From contig OZ316895.1 of the NCBI GenBank assembly GCA_973895155.1, positions 8,110,184 to 8,174,183 of the forward strand: a stretch of 64,000 nucleotides of DNA, given 5' to 3'. The stretch is from Marsupella aquatica (lineage: Eukaryota > Plantae > Marchantiophyta). Numbering within the stretch: position 1 is the stretch's first letter; each line of letters opens with the position of its first letter. The notes under the pieces are model-generated. The model was not told the origin of the DNA. It made no database searches and saw only the letters and a list, made by a program, of their open reading frames with translations. Shown here piece after piece: positions 21,556 to 34,650 of this stretch. Both the position numbers and the translations under genes were made by a program.

Positions 21556-24500
21556 CTGGGAAAGGAGACTAGGTAAACGACAATAATCTCACCAGTCACG
21601 GAGGAATGATTGCTAACAAGACAGAAGAATTGCGGGTGTCTAAATTAGTATTAAACAAATCCCTGAAATGCTTCTCACAGACTTTATCATCAAAGAAATC
21701 CTCTCATCATACTGATTTTGTGGAGCACCTTGTGTGGGAAAATCAACAATGGCAACTTTTGCTCGATTTTCGCCTCTTTGTCATTCACAAAATATCTAGG
21801 TTAAATCAAACGACTGGCAGCTCATCTAGCGTAATCCGTTTCAAGTAAGGCCCATAACCACAACGGTGTGACACTGTCCAATCGTTCCGGTGAACTCAAC
21901 TTATTCACCCGGAGCAAATCTATGGTAGCAATGAACACTTCTATATCGTAGTCGGGATTCCGGGCCTGTGTCATTCCATTGATCATGACGAGAAATCCGA
22001 GTCGGCAAGCCGCAAAAAACAATATGACATCCCCTTCAGCAGGGATCCTCGGAGATCACTCGCAAAACATCTCGTACTGCACCCACATTCAATCAGAGAA
22101 ATTCCAGATTTGTAAGATAGCGACAACCAACAGGGAAATGCAAGAAAATGTTGACTACCTGATGAAAGGAGAACGATCTGACTACTTGATGCTACGCAAT
22201 CTTTTTCTATCATCCACGAAATATCTAAGTTAATTCCTGGGCTTCGTCGTACAAATTTCCAGTCGTTTTTATGCACAGCATATTTGAGCAAATGTGACCA
22301 CTACTCCTGATTGTTGTGAGGATACGCTGCTGGACTGAGTTCAGCCAATGCACGAGACGTTCTTTCATCTCATTGATGGCGACAATTTATAAATGGTTGC
22401 AAGATGTGATGTGTTTCTTCGAGGAGATGGAAGGCATGGAGTCACTCCTAATGTGAATTTTATCTCAAAAATCACATACAGCTGCATATATTGAACTTAC
22501 ACAATCCAGTATTCTTACAGAGGATCAGTATTTGAACGGCGACCAGAGCAATACTGAAATCCTGTCTTGACAGTGTGCAATAATAATCATTGTACAGGGA
22601 CTGTCAGTTGAATCCTCACCGGATTTGCTCTAGATGCACTCGTGGGTTTCAATCTATCCGCAATCGTATCCTTGGTGGAAAGAAGAAAATATAAGGAAGC
22701 AGTAACTGAGTTGGGGAGAGAGGACACTAGGACCAGGATTGAATGTCGCAGACTTTAGGTAGAAGAGGTCCCTTGATTTTCTTCCTCTTTGGGTTTATTG
22801 GACGAAGCACGGAAGAAGCAGCAACAAGCAAAAGTCCCATTGAAGTAGGATCGTCCGAGAAAACTGACCTAACCTCGTAAGCACATGCAAGTGGTTCGCA
22901 GCTTCCGCATATCACTTGGGTCTACTATTGTCACCTGCAAAATACTCCTTAGGGCATTCCAATGTCCTCTTCAATTCCCATCAGCCTAGGCAACAATAGT
23001 ACTGCCTACTTGCTCACTCACTCGCTTTAGTCACTGCCCTTCGTATCCTCCAAAATTCAGTGCAACTTCAACATCAGAAGCCACGAATCGCAAGCTTGTG
23101 TCTGCTTCGCCCACCTGCAAAGCATCTTCTGAACGACAACTTTTTACGACACCTCTTTGGAGAAAAGATTTAGTTTAGAAAAGTAGAGTTTTCACATTGG
23201 GGCTCTTAAGGACAATTTTGTCTGTGACTAGCCCCAACTACGTGAATAGCTGAGGGTACAATAGAAGATGACAATAAAAGTGTCGCCAAAGTATATTCAC
23301 ATTACTCTGAAGCTTAATACTCAAGCATGTCATCCTTTTAATAATCATACATAACATACCATGTATAACATACCATGTATGCACATCTTCTTTCTATTTC
23401 TTTCTATGCACAAGTTTATGGTTTGTATGCACATCTTCTTTTTATGCACATAGTTTATGGTGGGGCCATAGAGCCCATTTTTTGAATGTAAATAGAAATC
23501 ATGACAAAAAGTATGCATGATTATCATTTAACATATATTTCAGCCATGAGTTTTCTCATCCACCGGTAAGTCATAGATTTATGGTCTAGAGTCTTCACTC
23601 TAAAACCCTAGGCCCCAACTCTAGCTTATAGTTGGAGCTTTAAAAGTAAGATTAATTTTTCGTGACCAAGCTTGCAAACCTTCCTTTCTACACCAATTAG
23701 AATAGTCAATTGTCATTTTTTGGACCCATAGGTAGTATGTGCCTCTTTTGACCACTACTATAAATGGTATAATTGGACTATCAAATTTGAAAGTTTGAGA
23801 TGTCCTAGTCACTAACTTGATGGAGATCACTGGTCTTTTCAAGAGAACTGCTCTCACTAGATTTTCTGAAGATCCCTACCATTTTCACTTCCAGCAGGGA
23901 ATTGATTTTGTTCTATGATACTTTTGAGGGGTTTTACCACTTTGGTTTCCTACTGTCCTCTCTAGCATCGTCATTCTCCTTGTATATTGAATGTTTTAGC
24001 TTCTTTTGTAGTATCGACAGGACTACAGTAGAGTCCAACAACAAACTGGCCACTTTACTGAAAAGGGGCCCATCGAGCAAGGTACCAAGGAGAAAAGTTC
24101 AAGGAAAAGCTCTGACTCTTGCCTTTTGAGGAACTTGACTATATTTTGTAGCTTTTCACTACCCCCCAAACCACCACCACCACTACCCCCAGACTGATCA
24201 TTATTACAAACTTGCCCCCAAACCTAAAATATTAGTGTCCCCCCCCTCCTCTCAAAAAATCTGTATCCCATTACTTTAACTCAATTCCTAGCCCATGGGT
24301 GTGCTCCCATTGGCTGTCAAGTAACCAGAGATTGACAACCTAAGATGAAGCTAACCCGCATCCACTTTCACGTAGTCCATAGCCTCATTGAGGCCTAAGC
24401 GCCCAACATCTATCGGGTCCAAAGTGCAATGCCACCACTATGGATGGGGACCTGAAGTGCAGCCACTGTTGGGGTACTACTTGGACCCAACTCATATTGG

Positions 24501-25359
24501 GACCCAAGTAGCCCTTGTTTTCTTTGGGGAAACAGCACCAAAATGCTGGCATTTTTTTAACTATTCAGGTTCAGGGCCCAACATGGAATGCGAAAGGGCA
24601 GCAAGGGAAGAGAGGGATCAGGGTGCAAATCAAGGGAGAGACAGGGAGTCCGGGCACAAAAGCTAAGAAAGGGAGGGGGAGTCATTCCATTTGGTGTGAA
24701 GTCTGTGGTCAGGGCCTACTCTGCAGGCCCGTTGTCATTGTAGAAGGGCTGTTGTCCCCTCATGACATTTTTTTGGCAATACGCAACGTGATACTACACC
24801 AGCCTCTTGTGTGGAGCTCAATACCAGTACCTATACCTGCACCAGAGTAAAACACACTAAAAGGAACCTGGTATTGGTATTGATACAGGCTAGGGTTTTT
24901 GGGTCTAGGATTGGTTTTAAGGGTTTTGTAGGCCTTTTACAGTAATGGGGCCCTTGCCCTCCCTGGCCACCACCGCACTTTTATATTTTAATATTATGTG
25001 TTTTTATGTTTTGGAGCTCATAATCCATGTGCTTTATGTAAGTCACCACTGTGGTTGAAACCCAATAACTATTGATTTTAAATTTGAGCCGGTTTTGGAG
25101 AATCCATAGACATTTGTGACAATTGAATAGGTTGTTTAATTGCATGTTCTGTTTGGAGATACATTGGGTCAATGATATAATAACTAATAATGGAATCCTA
25201 AATTTGTATGCCAATACTAGCCCGATGCTTGTTGAGGTGAGAAAAGATGTCAAGGTGAGGAAAACATGTTGAGATGACAAAAGATGTTGAGGTGAGAAAA
25301 GGTATTGAGGATAGAAAAGATGGCTAGCATTACCCCTTTATCCTTTCCCTCATCCTGGT

Positions 25360-25950
25360 TTTTGGTATGCACTTCACTTTCAGTCTTATCTTTATTAGTT
25401 TTGTCTTTATGCAGAATTACAGTCTAGAGTATTCACTCTAGAAGTCTAGACCCTAACTCTAGTTAGTTTTGTCTTTATCTCACTCTAGAAGTCTAAACCC
25501 CAACTCTGGTTAGTTTTGTCTTTATCTAGAGTTATGGTCTAGAGGCTTCACCCTAGAAGTCTAGACCCCAACTCTAGCTTCTATGATTCACTCTAGAAGT
25601 CTAGAATCTAACTCTAGTTAGTTTTGTCTTATCCAGAGTCTAGAGGCTTCACCCTAGAAGTCTAGACCCCAACTCTAGCTTCTATTGACGCTTTATAAGC
25701 GGTCAAGTAAAATTGAAATGAGCACAATTGGCCCTTTATCATAACTAACCTGAATGCCCATTCTTTGAATGTTAATAGAGATAAGACAAAAACAAATCTT
25801 GCAAAAGAATTTATGTTGTTCCCTTTCATCTTTGCCCCATGAGTGTTTTGGGTATGCACTTCACTTTCAGTTTTGTTGTTAATTATTTTGTCTTCATCTA
25901 GAATCCCCATCTTTCACTCTAGAAGCTTAGGCTCCAACTCTAGCTTCTAT
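25360..25950. repeat. TCTAG-rich minisatellite
   Basis: cactctagaagtctagaccccaactctag variants ~6 times, interleaved with ttagttttgtctttat; a related copy at ~23585-23630. Confidence 0.85.
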
Positions 25951-28748
25951 TCCCCTTTTCTAGGTAAGATAATAATTGGCTGTATTATTATTACAGTATT
26001 ATTAAAGTTTCTTTCACTTACTTTTACACAATCATTTTTTCAATAATTACCTCACTTTGAAGGTACTCCACTTTCTTTCATTACCTCTGCACAATAATTT
26101 TTTCAATAGTTATTTCACAGTTTAGAAAGTATAATTGCACTTTCTTTCATTTACTTTTACACTTTTATTAGTTCTATACCTATTTTACTTTAAGGTGCTA
26201 CACTTTCTTTCCCTCATATTTACACAATCATTGTTTCAATAATTTTTGAATATGATAAGACTACCATAGCCCTATGCCTGTGCGTTGCACTAAAGATCTC
26301 GAGGAGAGGGCAAGATGTTGAGGAGAGGGCAAGATGTCAAAGTGAGGGCAAGTTTTTGAGATGAGGGCAAGATTCATGCCTTGACATCTTGCTCGAGTCA
26401 CTCCCTTGATTGTGTGAATATTTTCCCGGTCACCTGATGGTAACCCAGGCCACCTGGCCCTGCCCAACCTGCCAGAAAATATAAATTTCAAAATTTTGGC
26501 CTTCACCAATGAGATTGTTTGGATTGTTTTTATCCCTTTTCTCTCTCATTTTTCATCATTTGATAATCTGGTTTTTTCTGAAACATAGATCTCAAAAAGA
26601 TCTGCATTTTAAACCATGGATTTGGCTCATTTGATGAACGGGCAAAAATAATTGGGCTCCCAATTGGAGGGCTCACTTCTGAAACGCAAATGTTGCGTCC
26701 GCGGACGAGCGCCTTTCCGCAGCCCTAAGATTAACAATTAATCATGGTTTCAATAATAGCGAGGCGAGTCACCGGGAGCAACCGATTGTGGCAGGGACGG
26801 AGAGCAAGGTATACCATACTGACAACGCAAAGTGGCAAGTATTAGATATTGCTCTAGTCTTGTGACTCTTGTGCTAACCACAATTAGGCTAACTCGGGTT
26901 AGGACCTAGCTAAGGTTAGCGGTAGTGTTGTTGTGTATATAGCCAGGGCTGATGCCAGACCCTGGTGGAACAAAGGCTCATTGTTACGGAGCTAGTTGAG
27001 AGATAGGGAGAGCTTGTGCTGTGGATGCTTGGTATGACCGGTCGGCCTAGAGTGCAGTAAAGCTCTTGTGTGTTCGCGTGGACGTAGCCTCATGTGGAGG
27101 TGAACCACGTATCTCTCTGTGTCAATTATTGTGCGTTGGATGATTCATGGGCTTGCCGTTACGAATGTCGTCTTTGCTCAACAAGTGGTATCAGAGCATG
27201 CCTGGGAGGTGACGAGGTTTTTTCATGACAGGTTTTTTCCAACGTTCATTGTCGATGGTACATTCAGAGTTTCGTCGCATGAAACTTGAATATGTGTGGC
27301 TCTGCGGATAGGTTAGTGAGAGGGCTTTCTAACGGTGGTTAGAACTCGCTGATCGGTATCCGTGGTGCGGAGGAATCGAAGTTTGCGTCGTTCAGGTTTT
27401 ATTTGTGTTCGACGGTTTTTTGGGGGAGAGACCAGAGTTTGTGTTTTCAATAGTGTGAGCTGTGCGGTGCGGGAGGCGTCGCATGTTGTAGCTCAAGTTG
27501 AAGGTTGAAGCAAGCTGATCGTTTCGGTAGTTGATTTGTTGCCGAGTTGTTACCGAGTGCGACGTGACGAGTGACGGAGGCGTTCAGGTTTTTTCACAAG
27601 CTATGGAGCTTGTTCTCATCTGAACCGGGTTTCTCTTTGTGACGTCCGACTCGGTGGAAGAAACGCGAAGTGCTACGGCTCAACGGTTTGATCACGGCGA
27701 AGCGGTCGTTTTGAGTCTGGGATTGGCACTTGACGCGGAGTGAGTGTGACACAGTGGAAATTTTTTTCTCTGCTGGAGCTGCAGACTGTGCTGGTGCAAT
27801 TCGGCAACATTTCCTGTCGGCGGCGTTCACTTTACTCGTGAGAAGCAGCGGCGTTCAAGGTGTGTAAACGGCTTTTTTGTTTTAAAGTCAAATCTTGGCT
27901 TTGGTTAGGGCCACTTTTGGTGTGTATACACACCCTCCTGGCCCTTGGTCCCCCATCGTTTCCCCTTGTACGCCCGACCCCCCCGCACCTTGTTTTCCCC
28001 TCATCCTTTAGCCGCGGCGACGAGCTGCGCAACACCGGCCGGTGCTTTTTGCGCGCTCGTACGGTCTCCGCCATACTGTGTCGGTCGCTACCGCGGCACC
28101 GTCCTATCATCGTATGCCTAGCCCTTTGCGGCTCTACGCCGCTTGTACGCGGTTGTACCCTCGTCCCGCCCCGACGCCGGCCATACGCCCTTCGTACTTC
28201 CGGCCCTTTATGGGGTATTTTAGGCTTTAAGGGGATTCAGCACCCCCTTTAGTGCCCATTTTTAGCCTTTTTTCCCTCTCATTAGTTTGCCCCATGTGCC
28301 GGGACCTGCCGCCCTCCGTTTTAACCGCTTGGACAGGGGGAACTGCCCCCTGTGAGACCTGCTGTACTGTGCGGGAATATTCCTGAAAAACAGAGAGCTG
28401 TTTTTTGGCCGTCCGACAAAGATTCCGTCTGCCAAATGGTAACTTTTTTGGTTCTTTTTTGGTGAGGACATTGCCACTGGAGTTAGCAACGCGGCGCACC
28501 GATCACATCGCGATTCCGACGACGGGTTGTACTGGGTATTTCGGTTATTCTCCGAGGTGGTCAAAACGGGGGAGTTTCCCAAGGTTTTACCCACCTCGAC
28601 AGAAATTTGAATAACTTTTGTGTCGAATTTTGATTTTGATTTTGGCTTTCAATATTGGACTCCTAGCTTCGTGGGCTACGCGGTGGTATTGAGTTTTGAG
28701 TTTTATGAGAAGTTTTGAAAAAAGACATTTTTTCGTGATTGTTTCATA

Positions 28749-29485
28749 TGAGTGACTCGGAGGATACTGGAAGAATTGGCGTCGGTGGAGCTTCAGGATC
28801 GCGACGGTCAGACGGAGAGTCTGAGGAGGAGATTTCTTTGAGATAGTGGAGATAGGAGCAGGTGATTGCTATCAAGGGAGTGATGTTATATCTCAAGCCG
28901 CACATCATCAAGCAGCTAGATGATTATGCGGATTGCACGTCACTATTCAAGGCTCTAAGAGATAAGTACTACCGGGAAGATGCGTCAGACCGGCTGTACA
29001 AGAAGTCTCTCTTGATAAGCCTCAGGCTCAAGGAAGGGAGAAAAATGCAGGATCACCTGGATGAATTTGACAGTCTAGCGGTGGATCTGTCAAACCTGGG
29101 AAAAGGAGTTGAAGATGAGGATAAGGCCTTGCTTCTGCTAAGCTCCTTACCGCCGTCTTATCAGGGCTTGAAACAGGTGCTCTTGTATAGAGATTTGAAG
29201 TCCATTTCGTATAATGAGGTGGTGAGCTCTTTACTGTCTGATGATGCTCAGAAGAAGCTGGGTCAATCACAGACAGCATCTTCTTCTGGCACTGCGCTCA
29301 ATGTGAACAGGGGAAGAGCAGCAACAAGAGGGAAATTGCAAGAGAGGAAGCCTCTTGCATGTTGGAATTGTAGCAAGCCTGGCCACATGAAAAGGGATTG
29401 TCGAGTAAAGGTCCCTACTGCCTCTGCTAATGCGGCATCGAGCTCGCATGAGGTAGATTTACTCGATGATGATGACATATTGTGA
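28749..29485 (+). pseudogene. gag: Copia gag of copy A (internal deletions, two TAG stops)
   Basis: LLLLSSLPPSY motif and zinc knuckle CWNCSKPGHMKRDC; lacks 264 bp present in copy B. Confidence 0.9.
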
Positions 29486-32400
29486 TGTCAAGGTTATGCT
29501 CTCAACGTAGTGTCAAATCCAGGTAGTGATGACTGGATTCTAGATAGTGCATGTACTTTTCACATTTGCTCTAGAAGAGATTGTTTCAGTTCTTACACGG
29601 TTTCCAACGGGTCAGTGTTGATGGGAAATGGAATCCCATCTCAAGTTGTTGGACTTAGATCTGTAAGATTTCAGATGTTTGATGGTGCTATGAGAAAGTT
29701 GAGGAATGTGAGACATATTCCCAACATGATGAAAAATCTCATTTCACTTGGTGTTTTAGAAGCAAATGGCCATCAGTGGAGCTCTGCTAATGGTGTCCTT
29801 CAGGTCTCAACTGGTACTAAAGTTGTATTGAAGGGAAAGAGACATAGCAATCTATACGTTTTGGAGGGCAGTGTAGTTTGTGATGAAGCCAATGTAACCT
29901 TATCTCATGAGGAGACGGCCCGGCTGTGGCACTTCCGTCTGGGCCACATGAGTGAAAAAGGTTTGGTTATTCTTCAGAAGAAAGGATTACTTTCTAATTT
30001 GCAATCTTGTAAGTTGGAATTTTGTGAGCACTGTGTGCTAGGGAAGCAACACAGGAAACCCTTCGGAGTTGGAACTCACACCAGCAAGGAGGTACTTGAG
30101 TATGTACATAGTGATGTGTGGGGTCCAGCCCCTACTCCCTCACATTCTAGATGGTTATACTATGTCACGTTCATAGACGATTACTCAAGGTATGTGTGGA
30201 TATACTTTCTACACAATAAGTCTGATGTTTTTGCCACTTTTAAGGAGTGGAAAGCCCAAGTTGAGAATCAGACTGGTAATAAGGTGAGATATCTTCGATC
30301 GGATAACGACGGTGAATATAGTTCCGGTGAATTTGGAACGTATTGTAAGGAGCAGGAGATCACCCGCCATCTCACAACAAGTTATACTCCTCAGCAGAAT
30401 GGTGTTTCTGAGAGACTCAACCGAACACTATTGGACCGCTCGAGGAGTATGTTGAGTCAATCATGCTTACCACATGAGTTTTGGGCTGAAGCTGTCAAAA
30501 CTGCAGCTTATTTGGTAATTTTTTCTCCATCCAGTTCTATTGGATTCAAGACGCCATTTGAAAAGAGGTGCGGGCGTCCAGCAGATTACTCACATCTGAG
30601 GATTTTTGGATGTGATGCTTATGTGCTTACACCTTCCCAGCTTCGATCCAAGCTGGAGTCCAAGTCGAAGAAGTGCATTTTCCTTGGCTATCAGAAAGGA
30701 GTTAAGGGTTATAGGTTATGGGATCCAGTAACCTGTAAACTAATTGTCAGTAGAGATGTGTCCTTTAATGAATCCAGATCATCAAAGGAGGGGGAGAGTT
30801 CTCAGGACTCCCATACTGACAAGGGGAAATCTCCCATCCCGGACCAGGTTGAGGGGGAGATTAGTCATGATGCAGTTCATGACAGGGGAGATGGAGAAGC
30901 TTCGGGCTTGGAGCTGGTTCCTGTGATGGAACAAGAGGAGCAGATTGTTGCTGGGGTACCTCAAATTCAACCAGTAGTAGCTGCAGATCAGCCTTAGTCA
31001 TCTACTAGAAGAACTTCCAGTCGTTCTACTAGAGCTCCTACCAGGTATGGTCAATGGGCAGACTCATCTAAGCTAGATGATATTGACATTGCACCTGATG
31101 AAGATGATATGGCTTTGATCTTGGAAGAAGGAGAGCCTTCTTCGTACAGTGAGGCTTGTGCTTCAGAGCATAAGCATGAGTGGAATGCAGCAATGCAGAG
31201 GGAGTTGCAATCTTTGAGTGACAACAAGACATGGGAGCTGGTGGAGCTTCCAAGAGGTCAGCAAGTGGTGGACAGTAAGTGGATTTACAAGTTGAAGGAC
31301 AGTCCTTCAGAGGGTGGAGATAAGATCTACAAGGCACGGCTTGTTGCCAAGGGATTCACTCAGGAGAAAGGAGTGGATTACAATGAGGTCTTTTCACCGG
31401 TAGCTAAGTATTCCACAATTCGGATCTTGTGTCAGCTTGTTGTGTTTTTTGGTCTGGTGATGGATCAGATGGATGTTGTTACTGCTTTTCTCTATGGCAA
31501 CTTGGAAGAGATGATCTTCATGAGACAACCACTAGGCTTTATGAAGAAGGGCCAAGAGAACTTAGTTTGCAGATTGCTCAAGTCCTTGTATGGATTGAAG
31601 CAGTCTCCCAGACAATGGAACAAGCGGTTTGATGATTTCATGCTTGCTCAAGGTTTTACAAGGATGGTGTATGATCCTTGTGTGTATACGAAATCAGTCA
31701 AGAATGATGTATTCGGTTTCATCATTCTGGTTATCTATGTGGATGACATGCTGATTGTGGCTAAAGATCAATCTGAGGTTGACAGTCTCAAGGCAAAATT
31801 GAGTGCTGAATTCAGGATGAAGGATCTTGGTAAGGCCAAGAGGATCTTAGGGATGGAGATTTTTAGGAACTCTGAGACTGGACAATTGTGCTTGAGTCAA
31901 GGCCAGTATGCGAGGAAAGTACTTGCACGATTCAACATGGAGAATTGTAAGCCAGTGAGTATTCCTTTAGCTTCACATTTCAAGTTATCATCGGCTTTCT
32001 CTCCTACGGATGCTGTGGAGAAAGGTCTGATGGCTAAGATTCCTTATGAGAAGGCAATAGGCAGTCTGATGTATTTGATGACTTGTACTAGGTCTGACTT
32101 GGCCCTAGCGATGGGCAAGGTTAGCAGATTCATGTCAAATCCAGGGAAGATACATTGGGAAGCTGTGAAGTGGATTCTCAGGTATCTCAAGGGAACACAG
32201 GACTATGGATTACTATTTGATAACAAATCAGATAGAACGTTAGTTGGCTATGTAGATTCTGACTATGGAGGCTGTCTGGATACAAGGAGGTCTACAACTG
32301 GGTTTGTATACACTCTTGGAGGAGGATGTATCAGTTGGAAATCTACCTTGTAGAAGTGCATTTCTCAGTCTATTACAGAAGCAGAGTATGTTGCAGCAGC

Positions 32401-32704
32401 AGAAGCAGCAAAGGAAGAAATTTGGTTGGATAAGTTGATCGCGGAGATGGGTTTAGAGCATGGAAAAATGACTCTAAACTGTGATAGTCAGAGTGCTCTT
32501 CACTTGACTGCTAACCAGGTGATGGATAGCAGGGTGAAGCACATTGATATCAGGTACCATTTTATCAGGCAAGCAGTGTCTGATAAAACTTTTGAGCTAG
32601 TCAAGATTGATGGAAAGCTCAATCCCGCTGATGCCTTTACCAAAGTAATTCCTTTGGAGAGTTTCTCAAGACACCGTGCTACTTTGCAGGTTTTGCAGTT
32701 GTAG
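29486..32704 (+). pseudogene. pol: Copia pol of copy A; one frame with two premature TAG stops
   Basis: WILDSAC protease; LWHFRLGH and CEHC; VHSDVWGP and TPQQNGVSER integrase; YKARLVAKG, SLYGLKQ and YVDD RT; CDSQSA RNase H. Stops end at 30997 and 32353. Confidence 0.96.
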
Positions 32705-34650
32705 TGCAAGTAGAGTTATTTAGCAATGTGTGACTATTTGTATATGGATTACTCATTCCTGTAAGGCTACGGCTTAGTTCTAGTTAACCCTTAGTTAACC
32801 CTTGTGGTTTTTAGGGGGAGACCTGGTTTGGTGATTGTCTAGAACTTCCCGCTGAGGATTCCATATGGTAGCATTTAGTCTAGTCCCCAAGACAAGAGTC
32901 AAGGGGGAGTTTGTTAGATATTGCTCTAGTCTTGTGACTCTTGTGCTAACCACAGTTAGGCTAACTCCGGTTAGGACCTAGCTAAGGTTAGCGGTAGTGT
33001 TGTTGTGTATATAGCCAGGGCTGATGCCAGACCCTGGTGGAACAAAGGCTCATTGTTACGGAGCTAGTTGAGAGATAGGGAGAGCTTGTGCTGTGGATGC
33101 TTGGTATGGCCGGTCGGCCTAGAGTGCAGTAGCCTCATGTGGAGGTGAACCACGTATCTCTCTGTGTCGACTATTGTGCGTTGGATGATTCAGGGCTTGC
33201 CGTTACAAATGTCGTCTTTGCTCAACAGCAAGGTGGAGCAGTACCGGCAAGAAGTACCAGTCCTCATTGATGGCTCGCAAGGCAAGGCGAGGCAAGGCAT
33301 TGGGATTCGGGAGCATTCAGGAGCTTATGAGGCATGGTAGGGTACATTATGAGGCACAGAGGGGAGGGCAAGGCATTAGGAGCATTTGGGAGAGAGGGCT
33401 TATGAGGCAAGGAGGGAGGTCCATTATGATGGCTTGCAAGTTTAGGCAAAGCAAGGCAAGGCAAGGGAGGAGCAAGGGCCGTGGGCATGCATACCATAGG
33501 CCATGAGGCAGGCGTACCGTGGGCAGAGGCGGATGTTAGATATTGCTCTAGTATTGTGACTCATGAGCTAACCATAGTTAGTCTAACTCTGGTTAGGACT
33601 TAGCTAATGTTAGCGGTAATGCTGGTGTGCATATAGCCAGGGCTGATGCTAGACCCTGGTGGAACTTAGGCTCATTGTTACGGAGCTAGATGAGAGATAG
33701 GGAGAGCTTGTGCTGTGGATGCTTGGTATGGCCAGTCGGCCTAGAGTGCAGTAAAACTCTTGTGTGTTCCCGTGGACGTAGCCTCATGTGGAGGTGAACC
33801 ACGTATCTCTCTGTGTCGACTATTGTGCGTTGGATGGTTCATGGGCTTGCCATTACAAATATCATCTATGCTCAACAAGTGGTATCAGAGCATGCCTGGG
33901 AGGTGACGAGGTTTTTTTTGTGATAGGTTTTTTCCAGCGTTCATTGTCGATGGGACATTCGGAGTTTCATCGCATGAAACTCGAATGTGTGTGGTTGAGA
34001 GGATAGGTTAGTGAGAGGGCTTTCTAACGGTGGTTAGAACTTGCTGATCGGTATCCGTGGTGCGGAGGAATCAAAATTTGTGTCGTTCAGGTTTTATTCA
34101 TGTTTGACGGCTTTTCGGGGGAGAGACCAGAGTTTGCGTTTTTCAACGGGGTGAGCTGTGCGGTGCGGGAGGGATCGCACATTGTAGCTCCTGTTGAAGG
34201 TTGATGCGAGCTGGTCATTTTGGTAGCTGAGTTGCTGCCGAGTTGTTACTGAGTGCGTCGTGACGAGTGAAGGAGGTGTTCAGGTTTTTTCACAAGTTAT
34301 GAAGCTTGTTCCCATCTGAACCGGGTTTCTCTTTGTGACGTCTGACTCGGTGGAAGAAACGCGGAGTGCCATGGCTCAATGGTTTGATCGCGGTGAGGCG
34401 GTCGTTTTGAGCCCGGGATTGGCACTTGATGCAGAGTGAAGACGACGTGGCGGAAATTGATTACTCAGTTGTAGCTGCAGACTGTGCCGGTGAAATTCGG
34501 CAACATTTCCCGTCGGCGGCGTTCACTTTACTTGCTTGAAACAGCGACTGATTAGTATTGGACTCCTAGCTTCGTGGGCTACGCGGTGGTGTTGAGTTTT
34601 GAGTTTTATGAGAAGTTTCGAAAAAAGACATTTTTTCGTGATTGTTTCAT

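Larger units (their letters stand above)
26840..33227 (+). mobile_element. Full-length decayed Ty1/Copia retrotransposon, copy A
   Basis: 5' LTR 26840-27183 (initial TG mutated to TA). PBS TGGTATCAGAGC (tRNA-iMet type) at 27186-27197. Order gag-PR-INT-RT-RH. PPT aagggggag at 32901-32909. 3' LTR 32912-33227. TSD GCAAG on both sides. Confidence 0.98.

Noticed and set aside
25420-25690. TCTAGAAG array as a giant heat-shock element
   Set aside because: Units lack the alternating nGAAn/nTTCn phase and lie ~10 kb from the nearest HSP gene.
26840-27183. ONSEN-like heat-responsive LTR
   Set aside because: No convincing HSE in the LTR; only an imperfect tctagaacttcc upstream of the PPT (~32838-32849).
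27594-28614. Overlapping 70-130 aa ORFs in the Copia leader (extra gene?)
   Set aside because: No recognisable motif; expected in GC-rich DNA; mostly absent from copy B.
32705-32900. env-like ORF after pol
   Set aside because: Only ~200 bp with no ORF.
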